The notes beneath the pieces are model-generated. The model was not told the origin of the DNA. It saw only the letters and a list, made by a program, of their open reading frames with translations, and ran no database searches. A stretch of 64,000 nt of DNA from Octopus vulgaris (lineage: Eukaryota): assembly GCA_951406725.2 (NCBI GenBank), contig OX597818.1, forward strand, positions 19,654,001 through 19,718,000. The letters run 5' to 3'. The translations under genes were made by a program, and so were the position numbers. This document shows, in pieces, positions 1-11,858 of the stretch (position 1 is the stretch's first letter; each line of letters starts with the position of its first letter).

Positions 1-13
1 GAACCATCGATGC
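1..13 (-). tRNA. 5' end of a tRNA-Gly gene (A7-U66 type), cut by the window edge
   Basis: gaaccatcgatgc followed by the same flank (ttacataaaag) as the genes ending at 6456 and 23382; anticodon is outside the window. Confidence 0.75.
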
Positions 14-140
14 TTACATAAAAGTGCTTAACTATTCATACAAATATACTCAATGTATTTAAAATCAGATGGCTATAATTTTCTATGCATGGCGTTTGGT
101 ATGTCACATCTTAGTTTCGATGCGGTACATATTCATTCCT

Positions 141-720
141 AATGCTTAGCGGTATTTCGTTCGCCGCTGCATCCTGAGTTCAAAATTCCTCCGAGGTTGA
201 CTTTGCGTTTCATCCTCTCGGTGTCGATAAATTAAGTACCAGTTACGCACTGGGGTCGATGTAATCGACTTAATTCGTTTGTCTATCCTTGTTTGTCCCT
301 TCTATGTTTAGCCTCTTGTGTGCAATAAAGAAATAAGAAACGTTAGCACGTCGGGTGAAATGCTTAGTGGTATTTCGTCTGCGGTTACGTTCTGAGTTCA
401 AATTCCGCCGAGGTCGACTTTGCCTTTCATCCGTTCGGGGTCGATTAAAGAAGTACCAGTTACGCACTGGGGTCGATATAATCGACTTAATCCGTGTGTC
501 TGTCCTTGTTTGTCCTATCTGTGTTTAGCCCCTTGTGGGTAGTAAAGAAATAGGTATTTCGTCTGTCTTTACGTTCTGAGTTCAAATTCCGCCGAGGTTG
601 ACTTTGCCTTTCCTTCTTTCGGGCTCGATAAAATAAGTACCAGTTGCATACTGAGATTGATCTAAGCGACTGGCCCCCTCCCCCAAAATTTCGGGTATTT
701 TGCCCAGGGTAGAAAAGGAT
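141..720 (+). mobile_element. Cluster of three head-to-tail tRNA-derived SINE copies (repeated at about 6585-6980, 12735-13317, 17045-17390, 23510-24090)
   Basis: B-box-like gagttcaaattcc, conserved centre ttgcctttcatcc...aagtaccag...ctggggtcgat, and two alternative tails (...gtgggtagtaaagaaata or ...cccaaaatttcggg...). Confidence 0.85.
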
Positions 721-849
721 AGTAATGGTTCTTTACCACAGACACACCGTCGTATTAGTAACGAGGCACGAACCCCTGCCCTCTCATCGAACTGTCCTGT
801 TATTGACCTACACACTGAGCCATGCACTACGTACTAGTTTTTTTTTATA

Positions 850-1217
850 TTGAGAGAGACAAACAAAGAGAGATAAACAGACAGACGGGCAAACGGGCAA
901 TCAGGCAAACACAGAGTGTGTCTAAGAGAGAGAGAGAGACAGACAGGCAGGCAAACGGGCAAACGGGCAGACAGCGGATAGGTAAACAGGCAAACAGGCA
1001 AACACAGAAAGAGTGCGTGTGTCTGAGAGAGACAGACAGGTAAAAGGGCTGACAGCAGACAGGAAAACAGGCAGACAGGCAAGCACAGAGTGTGTGTGTC
1101 TGAGAGAGAGACAGAAAGAGACAGAGAGAGACTGGGAGAGAGAGAAAGAGACAGACAGACAGACAGACAGGCAAACGGGCAGACAGGCATAAAACAGAAA
1201 AGGTGTAAGTTTATCTA

Positions 1218-1265
<48 letters not shown>

Positions 1266-1533
1266 GTAAATGGGCAGGCAGGCAGACAAACAGAGATGTG
1301 TGGGTGGGTGTTTGTTTGTGTCTGAGGGAGGGAGAGAGAGAGAGGGGGAGAAACACAGACTGACAGACAAATACGCAGACAGACAGACAGACACGCACGC
1401 GGGCAGACAGGCAAATGGGCGGGCAGGTAGGCAGACAGGCAGACAAACAAAGAGAGTGTGTCTGTGTTGTGTGTGTGTGTGTATGTGAGAGAGAGAGAGA
1501 GAGAGATAGAGAGAGAAAGAGAGAGAGAAAGAT

Positions 1534-1580
<47 letters not shown>

Positions 1581-1610
1581 ACGAAAGTAAGAAAGAGAAA
1601 GAGAGGTAGA
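850..1610. repeat. Compound microsatellite block (GACA/GGCA/GA/GT/GAAA); also about 7110-7880, 13445-14210, 17520-18130, 24220-24940
   Basis: Directly visible low-complexity repeats; tract lengths vary between units. Confidence 0.95.
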
Positions 1611-1982
1611 GAGAAGTTTGATGAGGGGAGCAGGTATTTAGTTCGTATCCTGTCGCATTTGCTGTGGTGTCTAGTAACACCGTCGGCCAGGGTATCTTCA
1701 CCTGTATGCAGGCCTTGACCAGGTTTCTTTTCTGGAAGACTTGCAGATGCCTACATATTCATGTTGCTCCTCTTCACGCTGCCAGTGTTCTCCAAGAGGA
1801 AGGCGAAGACCGCCGACCTAAAGTGTCCACGCATGAAAACAAAAAGTGATTGGTAAGAGGTCTCCCAACAAGATTTCAGCTTCGATTGATCTTCCTCCCA
1901 TCCATCTTTATTGCAAAGAAACATTTTTTTTAATTTAAAAAGAAAGCTATTAAAGAGAATGCAATTTTAAAAAAAGTAAAGT

Positions 1983-2053
1983 TGCATCGGCCGGGAATCG
2001 AACCCGGGCCGCCCGCGTGGCAGGCGAGCATTCTACCACTGAACCACCGATGC
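1983..2053 (-). tRNA. tRNA-Gly (GCC)
   Basis: 71-nt GCATCGGTGGTTCAGTGGTAGAATGCTCGCCTGCCACGCGGGCGGCCCGGGTTCGATTCCCGGCCGATGCA; full cloverleaf, A/B boxes, downstream oligo-T. Confidence 0.97.
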
Positions 2054-2409
2054 GCACATGAGTTTACTTGACATAATTTGCTATATATATAAAAGTTTTG
2101 GTACGTATCTTTACTTTTTTATCTTATTTGTTTCAGTCTTTGGACTCCGGCTATACTGGGGCACGGCCTTGAAGAGTTTAGTCGAGCAAATCAACTCCAG
2201 TACTCATATTTTAAGCCTGATATTTATTCTACCGTTTTGCCGAACCGCTAAGTTACGGGGATGTAAAGAAACCAACGTCGGTTGTCAAGCAATCGAGGGG
2301 GACAAACACAAACACAGACACACATATGTATAAGGCGGTGCTCCAGAATGGCCGCGGTGAAATGACTGAAACATGTAAAAGATAAAAGATATAGATAGAT
2401 AGATAGATA

Positions 2410-4435
2410 TGTTTCTTTATTAGCCACACAGGGCTGCACACAGATAGAACAAATTACAAGGTAGAGCTTTTCTTTTGGGGGTAAAAAAAAAAAAAAAAAA
2501 AAAAGAGAGTGGTGGTTTTCGATCAAAAGGGATCGTAAAAGGAAAGAAAAAGGACAAAAAAAAAGGGAGGGGTTAAAAAAAAGGGGGGGGATGAATAATA
2601 GGGATCGTTATCACAGAAATGTCAATATGAAGTGTAAACGGGAGGACAGGTGAGGTTTACCCGTGGAAAGAAAAGCCTACGGAAAAGACCACGGTAACCT
2701 CGGTCAATGAAGTCACATGTTATATTTCTTTTTTTTTTTTTTTTGCAAATAAGCAACTCTCTGTATAAATTTTTATGGTTCATAGAATCATAGTCAAGGT
2801 GGCTTCGTCATTCATACGTGCCATCCTTGCTACATTCACCCATCTTTTTTTAAAACATTCACTAGACAAAACTTGCCTCTCTACTCTCACTTTCCTCTTC
2901 AAGTGATACTTGAAGAAGTTGATGAGCGATTGACCAGAGAGGAAAGTGTTTGTCTCCAATCCTTTCAGACGCGTCCACCAGATACATTCTTTCGCCATAG
3001 CCACAAGGATGATGAAAATAGCTCTTCCTTCCCGTTTGAAGGAAGGAGGCGTGACAATATTGACGATAGACTCAGCTGATAAACCGACTCGTCCCACACG
3101 TGACAGCAGTTGTTCGACATAAGCCCACAGGTCGGAAATTGTTGGACACTGAACGAGTGCGTGCAGAACGGTTTCGTCGCTCTGACCGCATCTCGGGCAG
3201 GTCGGCCCCGTGTTTCTCGAGCCGTGTCTGTAGAGCTTATCCCGAACGGGTAGCGCTTCTCGGTAGCACTGCCAGGCCAGGGATCTCTGGAAGTTGTCCA
3301 TGGGCCCTGGCCCGAAAGTCGTCCTGAACAGGCGGGTCAGGTACTCCTCGTCGACGTCCAGGTTCGCCCCGAGCTCGTCGTCGTACCTCCCCTCCACTAA
3401 ACCCCTATAGAATGCTTTGGTTGTGTTGAAGTCACTTAAGGTCGACCCAGGACGGCAGAGTTGCTTGAGAGCAACGCGACACTCGCGGTGCCATTCGCCC
3501 TTCCTCGGCCTCTTTTTGATCCACGACTGCAGTTCGGTCATGGAGACGAGCTGCGGGAAAGCGTGCCTCACAAACGGCGACCACACCTGTTCACCGTCGT
3601 CTACATAGAGCCAGAGATGTCGCAGTCTCAGCGCGTATCTGCGCATCATCAACCACGGCATGCCCAGCCCTCCTTTTAACGGGTGTTGACCGCAAATGGA
3701 TCGCCTGACCATCGGGACGCATCCTTTCCACAAGAAGCGAAAGAGAATGCGTTGTAGTTTGGTGATGGTAGGGTCGGGACAAGGTACGACGGTCAGGCGG
3801 TAGTAGATGACGGACGCGATGTACGTGTTCGCCACCTCCGCTCGACCTTTTAGGGACAGTTTCCTCTCGGCCCATTGCCGGGCGAGAGTGACCACCCTAC
3901 TCGTTATTTCGTTCCAGTTCTTCTCCACTTGGAGGTCCGGACCAAACCAGACCCCGAGCAACTCAACCGGGCCGTCGGTCCAGCGTCCCACGACGGAGGC
4001 GCTGGTGGACGGCATGGGCTTGCTTCTCCAGGTGCCTAGTCGCAAGCCCACTGACTTTTCCCGGTTGATTTTCGCTCCTGTCACCGCTTCGTAGTTTTTC
4101 AGTGTCTCGCCGACCAGCTCGATGTGCTCGTGGCTAGACACTATGACGGTGACGTCGTCCGCGTATGCAGACACGCTCGTCCCGCATCCCAATTCTCGCG
4201 GGATGCCCCTTAGAGTCGCCAGCTTCCGCAGTAGTGGCTCAAGAGTCAATACGTATAGAAGCGCCGAGAGGGGGCATCCCTGACGGACCGAACGTGCAAT
4301 GTCGAAAGGTCTCGATAGATGTCCATTTGCGCGAATTACCGAACGGATGCCTCTGTACAAGGCAGCTATCCAGCCGCGGAAGATGGGACCGAAACCAGCC
4401 GCTCTCTGGACTGCCTCCAAGTATCGATGGTCTAC
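2410..4435 (-). mobile_element. 5'-truncated Tx1/L1-clade non-LTR retrotransposon inserted in a (GATA)n tract
   Basis: RT-to-CCHC ORF plus T-rich 3' UTR ending ...aataaagaaac. GATA repeats lie on both sides; the equivalent sites in other units (e.g. 10675-10746) are empty. Confidence 0.92.
2780..4435 (-). CDS. C-terminal part of Tx1-type ORF2 (reverse transcriptase and CCHC zinc knuckle), open but 5'-truncated
   Basis: Motifs VRQGCPLS, AYADDVTV, INREKS, LLGVWFG, RKLSLKGR, GGLGMP and CPRCGQSDETVLHALVQC. The upstream SIYL part of the 615-aa ORF is only microsatellite. Confidence 0.9.
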   Translation of the reverse strand, partial: VDHRYLEAVQRAAGFGPIFRGWIAALYRGIRSVIRANGHLSRPFDIARSVRQGCPLSALLYVLTLEPLLRKLATLRGIPRELGCGTSVSAYADDVTVIVSSHEHIELVGETLKNYEAVTGAKINREKSVGLRLGTWRSKPMPSTSASVVGRWTDGPVELLGVWFGPDLQVEKNWNEITSRVVTLARQWAERKLSLKGRAEVANTYIASVIYYRLTVVPCPDPTITKLQRILFRFLWKGCVPMVRRSICGQHPLKGGLGMPWLMMRRYALRLRHLWLYVDDGEQVWSPFVRHAFPQLVSMTELQSWIKKRPRKGEWHRECRVALKQLCRPGSTLSDFNTTKAFYRGLVEGRYDDELGANLDVDEEYLTRLFRTTFGPGPMDNFQRSLAWQCYREALPVRDKLYRHGSRNTGPTCPRCGQSDETVLHALVQCPTISDLWAYVEQLLSRVGRVGLSAESIVNIVTPPSFKREGRAIFIILVAMAKECIWWTRLKGLETNTFLSGQSLINFFKYHLKRKVRVERQVLSSECFKKRWVNVARMARMNDEATLTMIL

Positions 4436-4593
<158 letters not shown>

Positions 4594-5447
4594 TACACCA
4601 CAGGCTTCGTCTACCAAATCCACTCACAAGGCTTTGGTTGGCCCGAGGCTATGTAATTTAATGAAAAGTTCGGATATTCTGTACATCACTTCTTAACATA
4701 TTTATCCAAATTTATGGCATTGGACCATTTGATGTATTTCCTTATCTCGTTACATTTTTTAAAATTACAAATGAGGAGTGACAGCACTAAAGAGGTGAAA
4801 AGTAATTCCTTGATATACGGTGATGTGTTAATTTCTTTCTGAATGGGAATTAAACACAGTCCGTTTTAAGTTGGTACTCTATACAGGAAGAAGTTTATTA
4901 CTAGTCAACTTACACTGGAACAAAATCTTCTACCCAAGGTCATGAAGTTCTTCGGAAAAATTACAACTAAAACCAAGACTGATATACGAACCATTTATAG
5001 ATCCATCATGGAATATACTGGCCTTCTTTTGAATCCTTAATCCTGTATTAAAGTCCATACCCTAAGTAAAATATCAACAACGTAAAATAAATACAAAGAC
5101 GTTCAGATGGATCCATCACATACTGAGATACAAGTATAACAATGGTAGAATGAAGGTTAAAGGATTCACGTTCTTAAAAATGGAGAACCGTGTTAATGAC
5201 TTTCATTAGTATGGACAAAATTTTCAGCATAAATAAGCACCAAAGCGGGGAGATAACATAACAGTGTTCATGTTTTTTCCACAAAATATTGTCGTTATGA
5301 AATGAAATGATTTCAAGCGTAACCGAAACTGAATTACTATTTATTCGTTGTTATCTATGACAACAATCAATAAATCCATAAAGCCAGAAACTGGAAGTGA
5401 AGTATTTTTGAAAATATTAATATATCCCCATTGCGACCATCCTACAT

Positions 5448-5648
5448 TGGTTTCAAATTTAGGCACAAGGCGAGTAACTTTGGCGGAGTGGGTAAGTCAA
5501 TTCACATCGACCCTAGTATTTGACTGGTACTTAATTTATCGAGAACGAAAGGTAAAGTCGACCTCGGCAGAATTTGAACTGAGAACGTAAAGACAGACGA
5601 AAGTCCGCTAGGCATTTTGCCCGACGAGCAAACGATTCTGCCAGCTCA
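5448..5648 (-). mobile_element. tRNA-derived SINE (same family as 141-720), repeated in most units
   Basis: Reverse complement of ...gagctggcagaatcgtt...cagttcaaattctgccgaggtcgacttt...aagtaccag. Confidence 0.75.
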
Positions 5649-5705
5649 CCAACCATTTATATTAAATAAACAAATTTTTAAAAAAATAAATATTCAAGAA
5701 ATTAA

Positions 5706-5776
5706 TGCATCGACCGGGAATCGAACCCGGGTCACTCACGTGGGAGGCGAGAATTCTACCACTGAACCACCGATGC
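5706..5776 (-). tRNA. tRNA-Gly (CCC)
   Basis: GCATCGGTGGTTCAGTGGTAGAATTCTCGCCTCCCACGTGAGTGACCCGGGTTCGATTCCCGGTCGATGCA; loop CT-CCC-AC; all stems pair with G-U allowed. Confidence 0.88.
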
Positions 5777-6150
5777 CGACGAACGAGAGATTTCAAATTA
5801 TCTTTTATCTTTTCTTTTACGCGTTTCTGTCATATGACTGTGGCCATGCTGGTGCACTGCCTGGAGGAATTTTAATCCAACTACTCGGCCCGAGTATGTA
5901 TTTTATTTTTATGCCGGGTACTTATTCTATTGCCGATACTAATGTAGCTTATATTTCGTTCCCTTGTTTTCTTACGTACGATATTATCCGTTTTGCAACC
6001 ATTTATGGCAGACGAACATACTACAATTGAACAACGGATGCTGACTCGGAAAACCACATGTAAGGCGTAGATGTTATTAGTAAATTAAATGTTCATGGGT
6101 CTGTTTTATGACTATCGAGAAATTGTAAATTTTCTTTCAAAAAAGATTAT

Positions 6151-6351
6151 TGCATCGACCGGGAATCGAACCCGAGCCGCTCGCGGCTCATAAGTCTGCG
6201 ACTGTGGTAGATGTTATACTAAAACTACTTTGAATCAACAGGTTACAATCTTTGTATATGGTTGTCTCCGTTTTGCAACAAAAAGTCAGATGGAGACGAA
6301 ACTGTGACGCTTGTATTGTAGGCAAACATTCTATCATTGAACCACCGTCAC
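6151..6351 (-). pseudogene. tRNA-Gly-derived pseudogene split by a 130-nt insert (6186-6315) in the anticodon loop
   Basis: The 5' half (6316-6351) and 3' half (6151-6185) add up to 71 nt and align to tRNA-Gly; the 5' half is degenerate. Confidence 0.8.
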
Positions 6352-6385
6352 ATGTTGTAAGAAAAAAGAAATTATAAGTAAGCAG

Positions 6386-6456
6386 TGCCTCGACCGGGAA
6401 TCGATCCCGGGCCGCCCGCGTGGCAGGCGAGCATTCTACCACTGAACCATCGATGC
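6386..6456 (-). tRNA. tRNA-Gly (GCC), A7-U66 variant with two substitutions; possibly non-functional
   Basis: 71 nt; T54>A in the B box (GGATCG) and an A3.G70 mismatch. Confidence 0.7.
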
Positions 6457-7467
6457 TTACATAAAAGTGCTTAACTATTCATACAAATATACTCAATGTA
6501 TTTAAAATCAGATGGCTATAATTTTCTATGCATGGCATTTGGTATATCACATCTTAATTTCGATGCGGTACATATTCATTCCTAATGCTTAGCGGTATTT
6601 CGTTCGCCGCTGCATTCTGAGTTCAAAATTCCGCCGAGGTTGACTTTGCGTTTCATCCTTTCGGTGTCGATAAATTAAGTACCAGTTACGCATTGGGGTC
6701 GATGTAATCGACTTAATCCGTTTGTCTATCCTTGTTTTTCCCTTCTATGTTTAGCCTCCTGTGTGCAATAAAGAAATAAGAAACGTTAGCACATCGGGTG
6801 AAATGCTTAGTGGTATTTCGTCTGCGGTTACGTTCTGAGTTCAAATTCCACCGAGGTCGACTTTGCCTTTCCTTCTTTCGGGGTCGATAAAATAAGTACC
6901 AGTTGCATACTGAGATTGATCTAAGCGACTGGCTCCCTCCCCCAAAATTTCGGGTCTTTTGCCCAGGGTAGAAAAGGATAGTAATGGTTCTTTACCACAG
7001 ACACACCGTCGTATTAGTAACGAGGCACGAACCCCTGCCCTCTCATCGGACTGTCCTGTTATTGACCTACACACTGAGCCATGCACTATGTACTAGTTTT
7101 TTTATATTGAGAGAGACAAACATAGAAAGATAAACAGACAGACGGGCAAACGGGCAATCAGGCAAACACAGAGTGTGTCTAAGAGAGAGACAGACAGGCA
7201 GGCAAACGGGCAAACGGGCAGACAGCGGACAGGTAAATGGGGCAAAAAGGCAAACACAGAAAGAGTGCGTGTGTCTGAGAGAGAGAGACAGACAGGTAAA
7301 AGGGCTGACAGCAGACAGGAAAACGGGCAGACAGGCAAGCACAGAGTGTGTGTGTCTGAGAGAGAGACAGAAAGAGACAGAGAGAGACTGGGAGAGAGAG
7401 AAAGAGACAGACAGACAGACAGGCAAACGGGCAGACAGGCATAAAAACAGAAAAGGAGTATGTTTAT

Positions 7468-7547
<80 letters not shown>

Positions 7548-7752
7548 GGTAAATGGGCAGGCAGGCAGACAAACAGAGATGTGTGGGTGTGTGTGTGTTT
7601 GTGTGTGTCTGAGGGAGAGAGAGAGAGAGGGAGAGACACAGACTGACAGACAAACACGCAGACAGACAGACACGCACGCGGGCAGACAGGCAAATGGGCG
7701 GGCAGGTAGGCAGACAGGCAGACAAACAAAGAGAGTGTGTCTGTGTTGTGTA

Positions 7753-7859
<107 letters not shown>

Positions 7860-8254
7860 GAGAAAGAGAAAGAGAGGTAGAGAGAAGTTTATGAGGGGAG
7901 CAGGTATTTAGTTCGTATCCTGTCGCATTTGCTGTGGTGTCTAGTAACACCGTCGGCCAGGGTATCTTCACCTGTATGCAGGCCTTGACCAGGTTTCTTT
8001 TCTGGAAGACTTGCAGATGCCTACATATTCATGTTGCTCCTCTTCACGCTGCCAGTGTTCTCCAAGAGGAAGGCGAAGACCGCCGACCTAAAGTGTCCAC
8101 GCATGAAAACAAAAAGTGATTGGTCAGAGGTCTCCCAACAAGATTTCAGGTTCGATTGATCTTCCTCCCATCTACCCTATTGCAAAGAAACATTTCTTTT
8201 TTTTTATTTAAAAAGAAAGCTATTAAAGAGAATGCAATTAAAAAAAAATAAAGT

Positions 8255-8325
8255 TGCATCGGCCGGGAATCGAACCCGGGCCGCCCGCGTGGCAGGCGAG
8301 CATTCTACCACTGAACCACCGATGC
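8255..8325 (-). tRNA. tRNA-Gly (GCC)
   Basis: Identical to 1983-2053. Confidence 0.97.
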
Positions 8326-8355
8326 GCACATGGATAAACCTGACATAATTTGGTA

Positions 8356-8845
8356 TCTCTTATTATAAAAGGCAGATATTATCTGCCTCCCTTTGGGAGT
8401 TATACAAATCTACAATATAGGATTTCTTCAATTACAATTTACCTAGCAATTTTAAGAGTACAATGCATCGCGTCATGCCAGGTCCAGTTTTTAAAATTTA
8501 AACTCCAATTAAGCAAAATTTACAGAAAACTCACATTCTGGTGTGTGTGTCAAATGCTTTTCTTAGTCTGGTTTACACCACACGCAAACGCACACACACA
8601 GTGGGTAACGAATAAAGTGAAACTAGATGTAATATTTGTTTCTCTCTATCACGCTGATAGATACATGAGTAAAATGTATGGGAAGCTAACACATAAGTGT
8701 GAGTGAAAATGTTCTTGGAAGAGAGTAAATAGCCAGAGATAGTGATTTGAGGAGGACTTTACATTAAATAACCGTAGTGGCTTGTGTTAGTAATAAAGTA
8801 AACATACACTCATACATACATACATACATACATACATACATACAT

Positions 8846-8882
<37 letters not shown>

Positions 8883-8945
8883 TACATACATACACACACA
8901 CATACATACATACACACATACATACATACATATACATACATACAT

Positions 8946-8976
<31 letters not shown>

Positions 8977-9208
8977 TAAACACACACACAGTATTGAAGC
9001 TTGAGAACAATCAGATACATTTGCAACACATCTGTTGAAAATATTATTGTTCACACACATACATATACATATATACATACAGACAGACAGACAGATAGAC
9101 ACACACACACACACACATGATCCAGCATGGCCACAACCTCAAGGCTGAAACATATAAAAGAATAACAGAATATAAATGTGTGCATGTGTGTGAGAGAGAG
9201 AGTGTGTG

Positions 9209-9240
<32 letters not shown>

Positions 9241-10367
9241 TGTATGTATGTATGTATGTATGTATGTATATATATATAATAATGCGGTTTTTTCAACAGC
9301 TTGAACTAAAAGTCAGAGGGGAATGGGATAAACTACTTATATTAACTTGCTATAAAAGCAGGTAGTAATTTTATCTTGTCCTTATTCATAGTGCAAGTTT
9401 TGAAGAGTGCATTTCGATTTTAACAGCTATTTTTTTCAAAGCTATATTGGAACAGCCTAGAAGACGAGCCTCATCCTGAAAGATCTGTAGAACTCGACAA
9501 GGACATCCTGAAAACCCTGGTGGAACAAAATCTCATCGTAACTGTTGAGGAACTAGCAGAGAAGCTTGGATTTGGTCATTCAACCATTCATTGAGACCTG
9601 TGTGCTATCGGAAAAGTCAGCAAATTGGGTCAATGGGTTCCTCACGAACTTTCCGAGTCTAATTGCATGCAGAGAGTGAATGTATGCTTTTCTTTGCTGT
9701 CACATCTCACCACTACTGCGCTATGTATATCTATATATATAAAACTGTAGTTGTGTGAGTGTCTGTCCCCTTCGATTTAGATTCCTAACTACTCCCACAT
9801 TTTGCGGTGCAGTTTAACTAAATTCGGGTAGCTTATAGTCGTGATTCATATCGAGCCCGCCTGAGTATTAGCGCGCGTCTACGATGAGTCTACGATTTTA
9901 AAAATAATTTAACATCATTTTTTATTCCATTTTAATGCATAATTTTTCGTGTGTCGATGGCGGCGGAGTTGGCGTCCACGCTCACACCTGCACATGTGGG
10001 GAAGGGAGTGTAAGGAAATCAACGTCGTAATGCGTTGTCAAGGACACCAGCGTTCTTTTAGAACAACGACTTCATGGCTTGAAGACACCAAAACAGAAAT
10101 GGCTAAGAAAGCGTTTACATGAGTCTACGATTTAAAAAAAAATTTACCATCGTTTTTTTTTCCATTTTAATGCATTTTTTCGCTATTATATAAGGGAAGT
10201 AACTCTCTAAAAATGTCTACGATGAGTCAACGATTTTTCAAAAAATTTACCATCATATTTTTTCCATTTTTAATGCATTTTTTGCTATTTTATGGCTATA
10301 ACTCTCTAAAAATGCTTATATAGTTATTTCCCTTACAAACCCGAGCAACGCCGGAAGATACTGCTAG
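8356..10367 (+). mobile_element. Composite non-autonomous Helitron-type insertion
   Basis: Begins TC after A and ends CTAG before T, with a subterminal GC-rich hairpin-like ccgagcaacgccgg and no TSD. The empty site is seen at about 2103, 14677, 18604 and 25407. A second TC-type start lies at 9730. Confidence 0.75.
9451..9710 (+). pseudogene. Mariner transposase fragment (second HTH and WVPHEL linker)
   Basis: Translates as NSLEDEPHPERSVELDKDILKTLVEQNLIVTVEELAEKLGFGHSTIH*DLCAIGKVSKLGQWVPHELSESN. Confidence 0.88.
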
Positions 10368-10676
10368 TATATATATAAAAGGTTTGGTACGTATCTTTAC
10401 TTTTTTATCTTATTTGTTTCAGTCTTTGGACTCTGGCTATACTGGGGCACGGCCTTGAAGAGTTTAGTCGAACAAATCAACTCCAGTACTCATATTTTAA
10501 GCCTGATATTTATTCTACCGTTTTGCCGAACCGCTAAGTTACGGGGATGTAGAAAAACCAACGTCGGTTGTCAAGCGATCGAGGGGGACAAACACAAACA
10601 CAGACACACATATGTATAAGGCGGTGCCCCAGCATGGCTGCGGTGAAATGACTGAAACATGTAAAATATAAAAGAT

Positions 10677-10750
<74 letters not shown>

Positions 10751-11858
10751 TACACCACCGGCTTCGTCTACCAAATCCACTCACAAGGCTTTGGTTGGCC
10801 CGAGGCTATGTAATTTAATGAAAAGTTCGGATATTCTGTACATCACTTCTTAACATATTTATCCAAATTTATGGCATTGGACCATTTGATGTATTTCCTT
10901 ATCTCGTTACATTTTTAAAAATTATAGTTGAGGAGTGACAACACTAAAGAAGTGAAAAGTAATTCCTTGATATACGGTGATGTATTAATTTCTTTCTGAA
11001 TGGGAATTAAACACAGTCCGTTATAAGTTGGTACTCTATCCAGGAAGAAGTTTGTTACTAGTCAACTTACACTGGAACAAAATCTTCTACCCAAGGTCAT
11101 GAAGTTCTTCGGAAAAATTACAACTAAAACCAAGACTGATATACGAACCATTTATAGATCCATCATGGAATATACTGGCCCTCTTTTGAATCCTTAATCC
11201 TGTATTAAGTCCATACCCTAAGTAAAATATCAACAACGTAAAATAAATACAAAGACGTTCAGGTGGATCCATCACATACTGAGATACAAGTATAACAATG
11301 GTAGAATGAAGGTTAAAGGATTCACGTTCTTAAAAATGGAGAACCGTGTTAATGACTTTCATTAGTATGGACAAAATTTTCAGCATAAATAAACACCAGA
11401 AGGGGGAGATAACATAACAGTGTTCATGTTTTTTCCACAAAATATTGTCGTTATGAAATGAAATGATTTCAAGCGTAATCGAAACTGAATTACTATTTAT
11501 TCGTTGTTATCTATGACAACAATCAATAAATCCAGAAAGCCAGAAACTGGAAGTGAAGTATTTTTGAAAATATTAATATATCGCCATTGCGACCATCCTA
11601 CATTGGTTTCAAATTTAGGCACAATGCGAGTAACTTTGGCGGAGTGGGTAAGTCAATTCACATCGACCTCAGTATTTGACTGGTACTTAATTTATCGAGA
11701 ACGAAAGGTAAAGTCGACCTCGGCAGAATTTGAACTGAGAACGTAAAGACAGACGAAAGTCCGCTAGGCATTTTGCCCGACGAGCAAACGATTCTGCCTG
11801 CTCACCAACCATTTATATTAAATAAAAAAATTTTTTTTTTTTAAATTCAAGAAATTAA

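Noticed and set aside
834-1701. Many long overlapping ORFs rich in LSVC/RQTDR/ERKK (also near 7.1-7.9, 13.3-14.3, 17.5-18.2, 20.2-20.9, 24.2-24.8, 27.0-27.7 and 55.4-56.3 kb)
   Set aside because: They are stop-free translations of microsatellites, open in several frames on both strands.
1620-1900. Minus-strand fragments SSWRTLAA*R and HSKCDRIR resembling an RTE C-terminus
   Set aside because: Too degenerate to call without a profile search.
4930-5230. Spacer translation IYRSIMEYTGLLLNP...FRWI resembling a CR1/L2 C-terminal region
   Set aside because: Weak similarity with stops; possibly an ancient LINE relic but not supportable by eye.
5348-5590. Recurrent 80-aa ORF MLSMTTINK (and the 61-aa MVSSNTVGQG and 81-aa MHGSVCRS ORFs)
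   Set aside because: They recur only because the unit is duplicated; two overlap SINE sequence and none has a recognisable domain.
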